A stretch of DNA of 32,000 nt from Candidatus Altimarinota bacterium (GTDB lineage: Bacteria > Patescibacteriota > Gracilibacteria > UBA1369), in assembly GCA_041659405.1 (NCBI GenBank), contig JBAZYK010000003.1:120001-152000 (forward strand), given 5' to 3'. The notes beneath the pieces were generated by a model. It was not told the origin of the DNA and did not search any database. It worked only from the letters and a program-made list of their open reading frames with translations. The position numbers and the translations under genes were made by a program. Below are positions 6,957 through 15,365 of this stretch, piece after piece. Positions within the stretch are counted from its first letter, which is position 1. Every line of letters begins with the position of its first letter.

Positions 6957-9911
6957 ATGCCTTACGTTGCCCTTGATCTTGAAACCACCGGTTTTGATGC
7001 CGCCAATGATCAAATTATTGAAATCGCCGCCATAAAATTTGAAAGCTCACCGGATGGAGAGCCGGATAAAGCCAAAATCTTGGATACTTTTAGTACACTG
7101 ATTAATCCGGGAATTGCGATTCCGCCCATGATCACGCATATAACCGGTATTAAAGCCGCAGATTTGGTTGATTCTCCGCGTTTTGAAGATGTTCGACAAA
7201 AGTTTTTAGCTTTTATTGGACGTTACCCGATTATTGGCCATAATATTGGCTTTGATGTGACCTTTCTTAAGCAAAAAGGCCTGCCAATAGATAACGAACT
7301 TTATGACACACTGGCAATGGCGGGCATTCTTTTGCCGGATTTGCCTTCGTATAGCCTTGATACACTCAGCCGCTTACTAAAAATCGAGCACAAAAATAAG
7401 CATCGTGCGCTTGATGATACCGAAGCCTGCCGCAAACTTTTCCTTATATTGGAGAAGAAAATTTTTGATATTGACCCACCGGCTCGGGCAAAAATCATCA
7501 ATCTTCTGGAAAAAAGCCGATGGCCTTTAAAAGACTTATTCTTAGAACGATTCAACCTCAAAGGTCGACCTCAAAGGTCGCTTTTCGGCAAGAAAAAACC
7601 AACGAATTCAGATAATTTTGACTTTGAAGCCGAGCTCGCAGCCAAAACAGACTCTTCAGCCATGACCGGAACCGAACATGAATCCGAAGTTGAAGGCCCC
7701 CCCGAAAATCAAAGCTCTTCTAACCTGATCGCCCAAGTTTTAACACCGGAAACTCTTGCCGATTTTTACGACAATGAAGGACCACTTTCCAAGATCATGG
7801 AAGAATACGAAACCCGTCCGCTCCAAAAACTGATGAGTGAAAAAATTCTTGATGCTTTTCAAAAAAGTCATTCTGCTCTGATTGAAGCCGGAACCGGCAC
7901 CGGGAAAACCGCCGCTTATCTTTTAAGCAGCGCCATCTGGAATCAATCTACGCAGCAAAAAATCGTTATTTCCACCTACACTCACAATCTGCAAAATCAA
8001 ATTTTGGAAAAGGATTTGCCGCTGGTGGAAAAGGCGCTCCAACAAATCGATCCGAATTTAAAACTAAAAGTTGCCATTTTAAAAGGACGCAAAAATTATC
8101 TTTCCCTAAAACGGCTTGAGCAATTCATGAAAAAGGATTTTCTTGAAGAATCCGAAGTTATTTTTTTGATGAAGGTCATTTTGTGGATCACACGCGCCGA
8201 TCAAGGCGCGAATCATGCCACCCAAAGCCAAAACACTGCACAATCTCATGAAACTCAAACCACCAACCCCGCTCGGCCATTTACCGGCGACCTGACGGAA
8301 TTAACCCTGCAAGGCCGGGAATTTATGCTCATCGACGAAATTTGTTGTATGGATCACGTTTGTCCGCATGACGACATGGCCTACAAATCAGGCTGCTATT
8401 TGATAAAAGCACGCGCAGCCGCGGAACAAGCCGATTTTATCATCATCAATCACGCCATACTCATTCAAAATGAAATCAGCGAATCGCCACTTTTGCCCGA
8501 ATACAACTATTTAATTGTTGATGAGGCCCATCATCTGGAAAAAATCACCACCGACGCGTTGACCATAACGCTGACGCTTAACATGTTTTTGCGGCCTTTT
8601 CAGAAAATCGAAAAAATTCTGCATTTGATCAACGACCCAAAGCAAAATGGCGATAATCTTAGCCAGCTGAAAAACGAAATCAATCATTTAATGAATCGCG
8701 TTGAAATCTTTTTTGGCTTGATTGGGATCTTTTTGGAAAAAGAAATGGATATGTTTCAATTTCAATATGAACTGAATCTGACTTCTAACAGACTTAATTC
8801 CGCCGACTGGCTTAAGGTAATGGATTCCGCCAAATCGGTCACAAGTCTTGGCGCGGAAGTTCTGACCAAAATTAAAAATTATCTTAATACTTTAGAAGGT
8901 CAGGTAGAAATTCAAACAGAACTTCTTCCGGAAACGGAAAACTCCTCAAACCTGCGCGGGTCCAAGAACTCCTTCAAAAACATGATCGCCGATTTTAAAT
9001 CCGGCCTTTATGAAAGTGAAAAACGCATTATCGACCTGAAAAAAGTCCTGCTTTCTGAAACTAAGCACAATGACATCACCTGGATTTTTAAAAGCCCGGA
9101 AGAGAGTATTGGGCTTAAATGCGCGCCACTTTCCATTGGCGAAAATCTGCACACCATGCTTTTTGGCAAAAAGAAAAGCATCATTTTGACTTCGGCCACA
9201 CTGCGCACCAACGGCAATTTCAATTACATTCGCGGTCAACTTTCGCTTAACAAGGATTTTCAGGAGCTCACACTCCCCTCTCATTTTTCCTATCCCGATC
9301 TGGTCAAAATTATTATTCCGGAAGATCTGCCAGAACCGGCTACAGAAGGCTATTTTTTAAGCTGCGCCAATTTGATTTACGAAATCATCAAAAAAAATGG
9401 TGGCCGGACTTTAGCGCTTTTCACTTCTAAAAAAGCCCTTGCCGCAACATTTCATCAAATCGCCCCAAAATTAAAAGCCGATGGATTCACGCTGCTTGCC
9501 CAAAACATGACCGGCGGCCGCGGCAAAATTCTGGAACATTTTAAGGATGAACCCGACAAATGCGCCATTTTGGGAACAGCCAGTTTTTGGGAAGGTGTGG
9601 ATATTAAAGGCAGCGACCTGACTTGCGTAATCATGCAAAAACTTCCCTTTGATCCACCGGACGATCCGATCATTGCCGCAAGATCCAGAAAGTATGTAGA
9701 CGCTTTTAACGACTACCAGGTACCACGTGCCATTTTGCGCTTTAAACAGGGCTTTGGCAGACTTATCCGCAGCAGCAAAGATACCGGCAGCATTGTAATT
9801 TTAGATACCCGCCTACTTCAAAAATCCTACGGCCACAAATTCCTGGAGTCACTCCCGGAGGGCATCAAAATTCTCTACGGCACCAAAAACAACCTGGCGG
9901 ATTTGCTGTAG
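6957..9911 (+). CDS. dinG: Bifunctional DnaQ-like 3'-5' exonuclease / DinG-family (XPD-like) ATP-dependent DNA helicase
   Basis: Exonuclease motifs are present: ExoI VALDLETTG...IIEIAA, ExoII IGHNIGFDVTFL, ExoIII HRALDDTEAC. Helicase motifs are Walker A EAGTGTGKT, the DEAH box LIVDEAHH, and the C-terminal SFWEGVDI and GFGRLIRS. The track's start is a TTG at 6870. I prefer the ATG at 6957 (MPYVALDLETTG), with the ATG at 6939 as the alternative. Confidence 0.9.
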   Translation: MPYVALDLETTGFDAANDQIIEIAAIKFESSPDGEPDKAKILDTFSTLINPGIAIPPMITHITGIKAADLVDSPRFEDVRQKFLAFIGRYPIIGHNIGFDVTFLKQKGLPIDNELYDTLAMAGILLPDLPSYSLDTLSRLLKIEHKNKHRALDDTEACRKLFLILEKKIFDIDPPARAKIINLLEKSRWPLKDLFLERFNLKGRPQRSLFGKKKPTNSDNFDFEAELAAKTDSSAMTGTEHESEVEGPPENQSSSNLIAQVLTPETLADFYDNEGPLSKIMEEYETRPLQKLMSEKILDAFQKSHSALIEAGTGTGKTAAYLLSSAIWNQSTQQKIVISTYTHNLQNQILEKDLPLVEKALQQIDPNLKLKVAILKGRKNYLSLKRLEQFMKKDFLEESEVIFLMKVILWITRADQGANHATQSQNTAQSHETQTTNPARPFTGDLTELTLQGREFMLIDEICCMDHVCPHDDMAYKSGCYLIKARAAAEQADFIIINHAILIQNEISESPLLPEYNYLIVDEAHHLEKITTDALTITLTLNMFLRPFQKIEKILHLINDPKQNGDNLSQLKNEINHLMNRVEIFFGLIGIFLEKEMDMFQFQYELNLTSNRLNSADWLKVMDSAKSVTSLGAEVLTKIKNYLNTLEGQVEIQTELLPETENSSNLRGSKNSFKNMIADFKSGLYESEKRIIDLKKVLLSETKHNDITWIFKSPEESIGLKCAPLSIGENLHTMLFGKKKSIILTSATLRTNGNFNYIRGQLSLNKDFQELTLPSHFSYPDLVKIIIPEDLPEPATEGYFLSCANLIYEIIKKNGGRTLALFTSKKALAATFHQIAPKLKADGFTLLAQNMTGGRGKILEHFKDEPDKCAILGTASFWEGVDIKGSDLTCVIMQKLPFDPPDDPIIAARSRKYVDAFNDYQVPRAILRFKQGFGRLIRSSKDTGSIVILDTRLLQKSYGHKFLESLPEGIKILYGTKNNLADLL
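7555..7580 (+). repeat. Perfect 13-nt tandem duplication (acctcaaaggtcg x2) inside the dinG interdomain linker
   Basis: Read directly from the sequence: 7555-7567 is identical to 7568-7580. The unit length is not a multiple of 3. Confidence 0.9.
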
Positions 9912-9959
9912 CTTCACCCAGGATAGAAAGAGGCGCCTCGTACGTGATTGTCGATATTT

Positions 9960-10859
9960 TTAATTTGACTGACCTTTTGGAGGATGTAAAACAGAAATAG
10001 CTCCATATACTGCAACTATTTCATCGATTTCACTTGGCGATGAATCATCTATGTTTTCACCTGCCGCTTTCGTAACAGCTTCTTTTTTCATCTCTTGGAT
10101 TACCACTTCATACTTTTTCAAAACACAATCATTATTTGGATCAATTTGAAAACCATTTTCATAAGCTACTTTTGCCCTTGCCCATTCACCATACTTAAAC
10201 AACAAATCACCATAAAAAAAGCATAGAGCGGAAGATTTTGGATTCATTTCAAGTGCCATTTTAATATGCTTAAAAGCATCCGGAAAATCTCCCATCATGT
10301 CAAAATATTGAGCAAGTTCAAAATAAATATAGGGATTATTGGGATCAAGCAGCAAAATTTGGTCAAAACATTCAACCAGGTTTTCAGTATCTCCTAATGT
10401 TTTATAAATATTGGCGAGTTTCAATAATGTATTTTTTCTTCCTTCCAAAGAAATAGCTTTCTCCAGAGCAAAAGTAAAAATATTAATAGCGCTTTCAAAA
10501 TCTCCATCCTTCAAATATAAACCTCCCAAGCGCGCAAGACGAGGATAAGTAGGCTGCGCATCAATTAAATACGCCAAATTTGTAATTCGGGCTTCAATAA
10601 ATTCCGGCACAACTTTTGCCACCATCCAAAAAACCTCCTCCAAAAGATCAGCCAAAACCGGACCACACTGCTCCAGCGCGGTATCAATGTCCATTCCTAC
10701 CATTAAATCAAGATCATCCCTCTTTCTGCATAAAAACTTCATCAAAGCAGGATCATTTTCGGCTTTTGCCATTATGGTTCCTATAACATTAGGATCAACC
10801 ACAAATTCCAAGTGGGAAATTTCATCCGGAGAAAAAGACTGATCAAGAATCTGGCCCAT
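9960..10859 (-). CDS. Tetratricopeptide-repeat (TPR) protein
   Basis: The ORF is 299 aa. It contains repeated 34-residue TPR-like units, for example LGGLYLKDGDFESAINIFTFALE, LANIYKTLGDTENLVECFDQILLLDPNN, FELAQYFDMMGDFPDAFKHIKMALEMNPKS and YGDLLFKYGEWARAKVAYENGFQIDPNN. Confidence 0.8.
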   Translation of the reverse strand: MGQILDQSFSPDEISHLEFVVDPNVIGTIMAKAENDPALMKFLCRKRDDLDLMVGMDIDTALEQCGPVLADLLEEVFWMVAKVVPEFIEARITNLAYLIDAQPTYPRLARLGGLYLKDGDFESAINIFTFALEKAISLEGRKNTLLKLANIYKTLGDTENLVECFDQILLLDPNNPYIYFELAQYFDMMGDFPDAFKHIKMALEMNPKSSALCFFYGDLLFKYGEWARAKVAYENGFQIDPNNDCVLKKYEVVIQEMKKEAVTKAAGENIDDSSPSEIDEIVAVYGAISVLHPPKGQSN

Positions 10860-10947
10860 TTTAGATATTTAAAACTTACAGGAGTGCAATTATAAGCCGA
10901 AAGGCCATAAAGTCAAGCCACTGGAAGCCCTTTCAAGGCCCCTTTTC

Positions 10948-10975
10948 TTGCAAAACGCCCGTTTTAGCCTATAAT
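10948..10975 (+). promoter_or_regulatory. Candidate sigma70-type promoter of the lemA-DUF2207 operon
   Basis: TTGCAA (10948-10953), a 16-nt spacer, then TATAAT (10970-10975), 25 nt upstream of the lemA ATG. Confidence 0.4.
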
Positions 10976-11000
10976 TATCACGATTTTTTAACCTTAAAAT

Positions 11001-11567
11001 ATGTCTACAACCATTTGGATCATTTTAGGAATAGTTGTCCTAATAGTTATCTTTGCAATCGGCATCTACAACGGTCTTATTCAGCTTAAAAACAAGGTGG
11101 ACGAAGCCTGGGCTGACATCGAGACACAACTCAAACGTCGTTATGACCTTATCCCAAACATCGTAGAAACTGTCAAAGGTTATGCCACTCACGAAAAAGG
11201 CACTTTGGAAGAAGTGACCAAAGCCCGCTCGGCAGCCATGGGCGCAGGAACTATGGAAGATAAAGCTCAAGCGGAAAATATGCTTTCCGGAACCTTAAAA
11301 TCACTCTTTGCACTTTCCGAAAACTATCCACAATTACAGGCAAACCAGAACTTTTTGGATCTTCAACAAACTTTAAAACAAGTGGAAGAACAACTTCAAC
11401 TTTCACGCCGTTATTACAACGCTACAGTTCGTGATTTCAACGTTAAAATTGAAGTTTTCCCAAACAACGTTTTTGCCGGTATGTTCAACTTTACCAAACG
11501 TTCATTCTTTGAAGTTGGATCTGAAACTGAACGCGAAAACGTAAAAGTTTCTTTTGATGCCAAATAA
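11001..11567 (+). CDS. lemA: LemA family membrane protein
   Basis: The protein is 188 aa with an N-terminal TM helix. It carries the characteristic LemA sequence IYNGLIQLKNKVDEAWADIETQLKRRYDLIPNIVETVKGYATHEKGTLEEVTKARS ... YPQLQANQNF..LQ..L...E..L...RRYYNATVRDFN. Confidence 0.9.
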   Translation: MSTTIWIILGIVVLIVIFAIGIYNGLIQLKNKVDEAWADIETQLKRRYDLIPNIVETVKGYATHEKGTLEEVTKARSAAMGAGTMEDKAQAENMLSGTLKSLFALSENYPQLQANQNFLDLQQTLKQVEEQLQLSRRYYNATVRDFNVKIEVFPNNVFAGMFNFTKRSFFEVGSETERENVKVSFDAK

Positions 11568-13434
11568 GCCACTTTTGAACGAAGAACAAAAAGCGAAACT
11601 TACCAGGGCCGTCCGGGACGCCAAACAAAATACCTTCTTCAACGGAGGTATTATTGCTTTTTTCCTGATAATTTTTGCCATCGGCTTTGTTACATTTGGC
11701 TGGCTGATGTACATGCAATGGCAATCCTCCAATACATCTACACAAAATAACTGGAAAATCCCCGAATTCAAAGTAAACATGGATATTTACCAGGACGGCC
11801 GGACCTTTATTACCGAAAACATTCAAGCGGACTTCAGCCAAGAAAAGCATCACGGCATTTTCCGCTACATTCCTCTTTATTATAATGACGATCAAAACCA
11901 GAAAATGGATCTGGGAATATATCTTCAAACCATTAGGGATGAAATAGGCAAAATCTGGACATACGACCAAAGTTATCTTCAGGATTCGATCTACTTAAAA
12001 ATTGGCGATGCTAATGTTTATCTTAATTCGCTGGAAACTTATATTATAGATTATCAGGTCAATCACGCCATTCGTTACTATAAGGATCACGATGAAATTT
12101 ATTGGAACATCACCGGAAACGATTGGCCGGTAGCGATTGAACACACCGAAGCAAGCATTACCCTGCCAAAAGACCTGGCTGAAAAAGATTTAAAATTCAC
12201 CTGTTTTACGGGGATAACCGGATCAAAAGACCAAAATTGCACACACAGTATTGAAAAAGCCGAAGATGGCAGCCAAATTTTCACCTTTAAAGCTGATAAC
12301 CTGAAAACTTTGGAAGGTTTAACTGTGGCAGTTGGCTTTCCTAAAGGTGTTATAAACGAAATCGCACCGGTTCCTTACCAAAGTGATTCATATTACCAGG
12401 GCTCTTCAAACGGAGACAATACACCAAATTGGACCATGATCTTCCTGGAAATTTTTGTCCTGCCATTTTTGCTTTCCATTATTTACACAATTTTGTGGTT
12501 TAAAAATGGACGTGATCCCAAAGCAGATAAAACGGCCATCATGCCAATTTATACGCCTCCGGCGGATTTAACCCCGGCAGAAATTGGTGCTTTGGTTAAA
12601 GATTATGTTGAAGAAAAAGACCTTTCCGCCACCATTGTGGATTTATGCGTGCGAGGTTATATGAAAATAAAAGAACTGGCCAACCACGATTTCCAGTTTA
12701 TAAAATTAAAAGATTTTGCCAAAGATAATTCCTTGAAAGATTATGAAAGAGAGTTACTGCACAGCCTTTTTAAGGATTTCGATAAACGCAAGTTGAGCAG
12801 TTTAAAACAACATTTTTCTCAAAGTTTTGCGAAGATCAAAAAAATTATTTATGAAAATTTAATTAAAAAAGGATTTTATGATTCTTCACCAGAAAAAATC
12901 ATCGATAAATTCCAGGGATTGGGTATTGCCTTTATTTTCTTTGGAATATTTTTTATAGCTCCGGTCTCTTTGTGGATTAGCGGAAGCCTTATTTTGAGCG
13001 GAATTTTATCGGGCATTTTTGCTAAAATAATGCCACGCAAAACCAAAGCGGGAGTCAATATGCGTCAACAAATTTTGGGTCTGGAAGAATATATTAAAAC
13101 TGCCGAAACCGATCGAATCAAATTTCAGGAAAAGGAAAATCTGTTCGAGAAACTGCTGCCCTATGCCATGGTTTTGGGCTTAACCGACAAGTGGACCAAA
13201 GCTTTTGCCGGCATTACCACTACCCCACCGGAGTGGTACGAAACCACAAGCTCCAGATCGATGGTCTTTTCCACGGACGTCTTCCTTTCGAATCTAAATG
13301 TAATGAGCACCAGCATCAGTGCAACCTTTTCAGCTCCGGCACCTTCCCACGGCAGCGCCTTTGGAGGCGGTGGTGGCGGAGGCGGTGGATCTTCCGGCGG
13401 CGGAGGAGGCGGCGGTGGTGGTGGAGCGTGGTAA
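11557..13434 (+). CDS. DUF2207-family membrane protein, paralogue 1, with poly-Gly C-terminal tail ending GGAW
   Basis: The ATG at 11557 overlaps the end of lemA; the track's start is a TTG at 11554. The protein has an N-terminal signal-anchor helix and an extracytoplasmic domain (HHGIFRYIP, HDEIYWNITGNDW). It also has TM helices, the box TAETDRIKFQEKENLFEKLLPYAMVLG, and the tail GGGGGGGGSSGGGGGGGGGGAW. LemA followed by DUF2207 is a gene pairing I recall as common. Confidence 0.85.
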   Translation: MPNKPLLNEEQKAKLTRAVRDAKQNTFFNGGIIAFFLIIFAIGFVTFGWLMYMQWQSSNTSTQNNWKIPEFKVNMDIYQDGRTFITENIQADFSQEKHHGIFRYIPLYYNDDQNQKMDLGIYLQTIRDEIGKIWTYDQSYLQDSIYLKIGDANVYLNSLETYIIDYQVNHAIRYYKDHDEIYWNITGNDWPVAIEHTEASITLPKDLAEKDLKFTCFTGITGSKDQNCTHSIEKAEDGSQIFTFKADNLKTLEGLTVAVGFPKGVINEIAPVPYQSDSYYQGSSNGDNTPNWTMIFLEIFVLPFLLSIIYTILWFKNGRDPKADKTAIMPIYTPPADLTPAEIGALVKDYVEEKDLSATIVDLCVRGYMKIKELANHDFQFIKLKDFAKDNSLKDYERELLHSLFKDFDKRKLSSLKQHFSQSFAKIKKIIYENLIKKGFYDSSPEKIIDKFQGLGIAFIFFGIFFIAPVSLWISGSLILSGILSGIFAKIMPRKTKAGVNMRQQILGLEEYIKTAETDRIKFQEKENLFEKLLPYAMVLGLTDKWTKAFAGITTTPPEWYETTSSRSMVFSTDVFLSNLNVMSTSISATFSAPAPSHGSAFGGGGGGGGGSSGGGGGGGGGGAW

Positions 13435-13436
13435 CA

Positions 13437-13501
13437 GATCGCTGAAAGCGATCCGCGCCCGCCCTAAAGCGGGCATAGCAAATAACTATCGCGCAGCGAT
13501 A
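13437..13501 (+). other. Three consecutive short GC-rich stem-loops in the gap between the DUF2207 paralogues
   Basis: The stem-loops are gatcgct-gaa-agcgatc (13437-13453), gcccgc-cctaaa-gcgggc (13457-13474) and tatcgc-gca-gcgata (13487-13501). None is followed by a T-run. Confidence 0.4.
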
Positions 13502-13537
13502 CATTATCAAAAACGAAAATTCATTTAATACCCCCCC

Positions 13538-15361
13538 ATGAAACTCACAAAAAAAATTGCGGCAGGAATAATTCTGATACTTACAATAACCCTGATATCC
13601 GCATTACATATTGGAAGTACAAATATCACAAAAGCCCAAGATTCCACATCTTTTGATGATTTTTCTTCTGATGTTACCTCCCCGGATTCCACCAATGATT
13701 GGAGCATCACAAATTTTGATGCCGATATTCAGGTTCAAAAAGACGGCTCCGTGTTGGTCGATGAGACAATCACTACCGACTTTCCACCGGAAAGTGAACA
13801 CCATGGCATTTTCCGCTTTATACCAATTAATTATAAAGACGATTTTGGCAATAATGTCTCAATCAAGCTAAAAGTTTTAAGTATCCAAGATACCAAAGGC
13901 AACGAATGGCCTTATGAAACCTCTTATTCCGGACAAAATATTACGTTAAAAATCGGTGATCCGGACAAAATAATTCATGGACAAAATATTTACAAAATAA
14001 CTTATCAGGTTGATCGCGCACTTTTGTTTTTAAAAGATCACGATGAACTTTATTGGAACATCACCGGTGATCAATGGGAAACAGACATCCAAAAAGCCAG
14101 TGCCACCATTACCGTTCCTGCGGAAATTCAACAAAAAGATTTAAAAGCGGATTGTTATACCGGCGCTTACGGCTCAACCGACAAAAAATGCGACCTTAAA
14201 ATTCAAGATAATACCACAACGGTAACTTCAACTACCGACTTTAAATATGGTGAAGGCCTTACAGTGGCCGTTGCTTTCCCAAAAGGAATTATTAAAGAGC
14301 CAACCGCCCAGGAAAAAATTACGTGGTTTTTAGCAGACAACTGGGGGTATTTCTTGCCGGTAATTGCCTTTATCGCCCTCTTTTCCCTTTGGTTCACACG
14401 CGGTCGTGATCCTAAAGAAGGCGTAAAAACGACCATAATGCCTTATTATGAAGCTCCGGATAATTTAACCCCCAGTGAAATTGGAACCCTGGTCGATGAA
14501 AAAGCCGATATGCAAGATATTACCTCCACAATTATTGATATGGCCGTGCGGGGGTATCTTAAAATTATCGAAATCCAGGAGAAAAAAATAATTTTCAACA
14601 AAACCGATTACGAACTGGAATTACAACAAGAATTTGAAAACGACAACAAAGTCCAGGAGCACGAAAAAGCTGTTCTAAGAGCCATTTTTGATGCTTCAAA
14701 CAACTCAAAAGGAGCAAAAGTTAAACTCTCTACACTCGCCAATAAATTTTACATGTTTATCCCGGGTATCAAAAAAAATATTTATGAATTAACGGTATCT
14801 AAAGGTTATTTCCCGGTAAATCCGGACAACGTTCGCAAAATATATTTAGGTGTTGGTATCGGTTTAATTGTTTTGGGATTTTTCAGTTTTATGTATTTCT
14901 CGAATGGCGGTTCTGTTTCAGTCCCCATTGGACTTGTTTTAAGTGGGTTGATCATCATAATTTTTTCCAATTTCATGCCGATCAAAACCAAAAAAGGAGT
15001 TGAGATCTATTACAAAATAAAAGGCCTGAAAGAGTTCATCAATACTGCCGAAGCCGATCGCCTTAAATTCCAGGAAAAAGAAAATCTGTTCGAAAAACTG
15101 CTTCCTTATGCCATGGCCCTTGGAATTGCCGAAAAATGGTCCAAAGCTTTTGAAGGAATCTATAAAAATCCCCCAAGCTGGTATCAAAGCAGCAATCCAA
15201 ACTTCATGAACAATTTTTCCACTTATTATTTTGTTCATAGCCTGAATTCGTTTTCCAACACAATGCAACAAACCCTGGCCTCCACTCCAAAATCATCCGG
15301 CGGAATTGGCGGAGGCTTTTCCGGTGGCGGCTTTGGCGGCGGCGGCGGCGGCGCGTGGTAG
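13538..15361 (+). CDS. DUF2207-family membrane protein, paralogue 2, with poly-Gly C-terminal tail ending GGAW
   Basis: The protein is 607 aa with a signal peptide, MKLTKKIAAGIILILTITLISALHIG. It has the same conserved boxes as paralogue 1: HHGIFRFIP, HDELYWNITGDQW, WFTRGRDPK and TAEADRLKFQEKENLFEKLLPYAMALG. The tail is GGGFSGGGFGGGGGGAW. Confidence 0.85.
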   Translation: MKLTKKIAAGIILILTITLISALHIGSTNITKAQDSTSFDDFSSDVTSPDSTNDWSITNFDADIQVQKDGSVLVDETITTDFPPESEHHGIFRFIPINYKDDFGNNVSIKLKVLSIQDTKGNEWPYETSYSGQNITLKIGDPDKIIHGQNIYKITYQVDRALLFLKDHDELYWNITGDQWETDIQKASATITVPAEIQQKDLKADCYTGAYGSTDKKCDLKIQDNTTTVTSTTDFKYGEGLTVAVAFPKGIIKEPTAQEKITWFLADNWGYFLPVIAFIALFSLWFTRGRDPKEGVKTTIMPYYEAPDNLTPSEIGTLVDEKADMQDITSTIIDMAVRGYLKIIEIQEKKIIFNKTDYELELQQEFENDNKVQEHEKAVLRAIFDASNNSKGAKVKLSTLANKFYMFIPGIKKNIYELTVSKGYFPVNPDNVRKIYLGVGIGLIVLGFFSFMYFSNGGSVSVPIGLVLSGLIIIIFSNFMPIKTKKGVEIYYKIKGLKEFINTAEADRLKFQEKENLFEKLLPYAMALGIAEKWSKAFEGIYKNPPSWYQSSNPNFMNNFSTYYFVHSLNSFSNTMQQTLASTPKSSGGIGGGFSGGGFGGGGGGAW

Positions 15362-15365
15362 AGGC

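Noticed and set aside
13191-13528. ORFs overlapping the poly-Gly tail and the following spacer (84 aa on +, 69 aa on +, 64 aa on -), with Arg/Trp-rich or Ala/Val-rich products.
   Set aside because: These are alternative-frame readings of a GGN-repeat tract and of the GC-rich hairpins, with implausible compositions. The DUF2207 frame is strongly supported.
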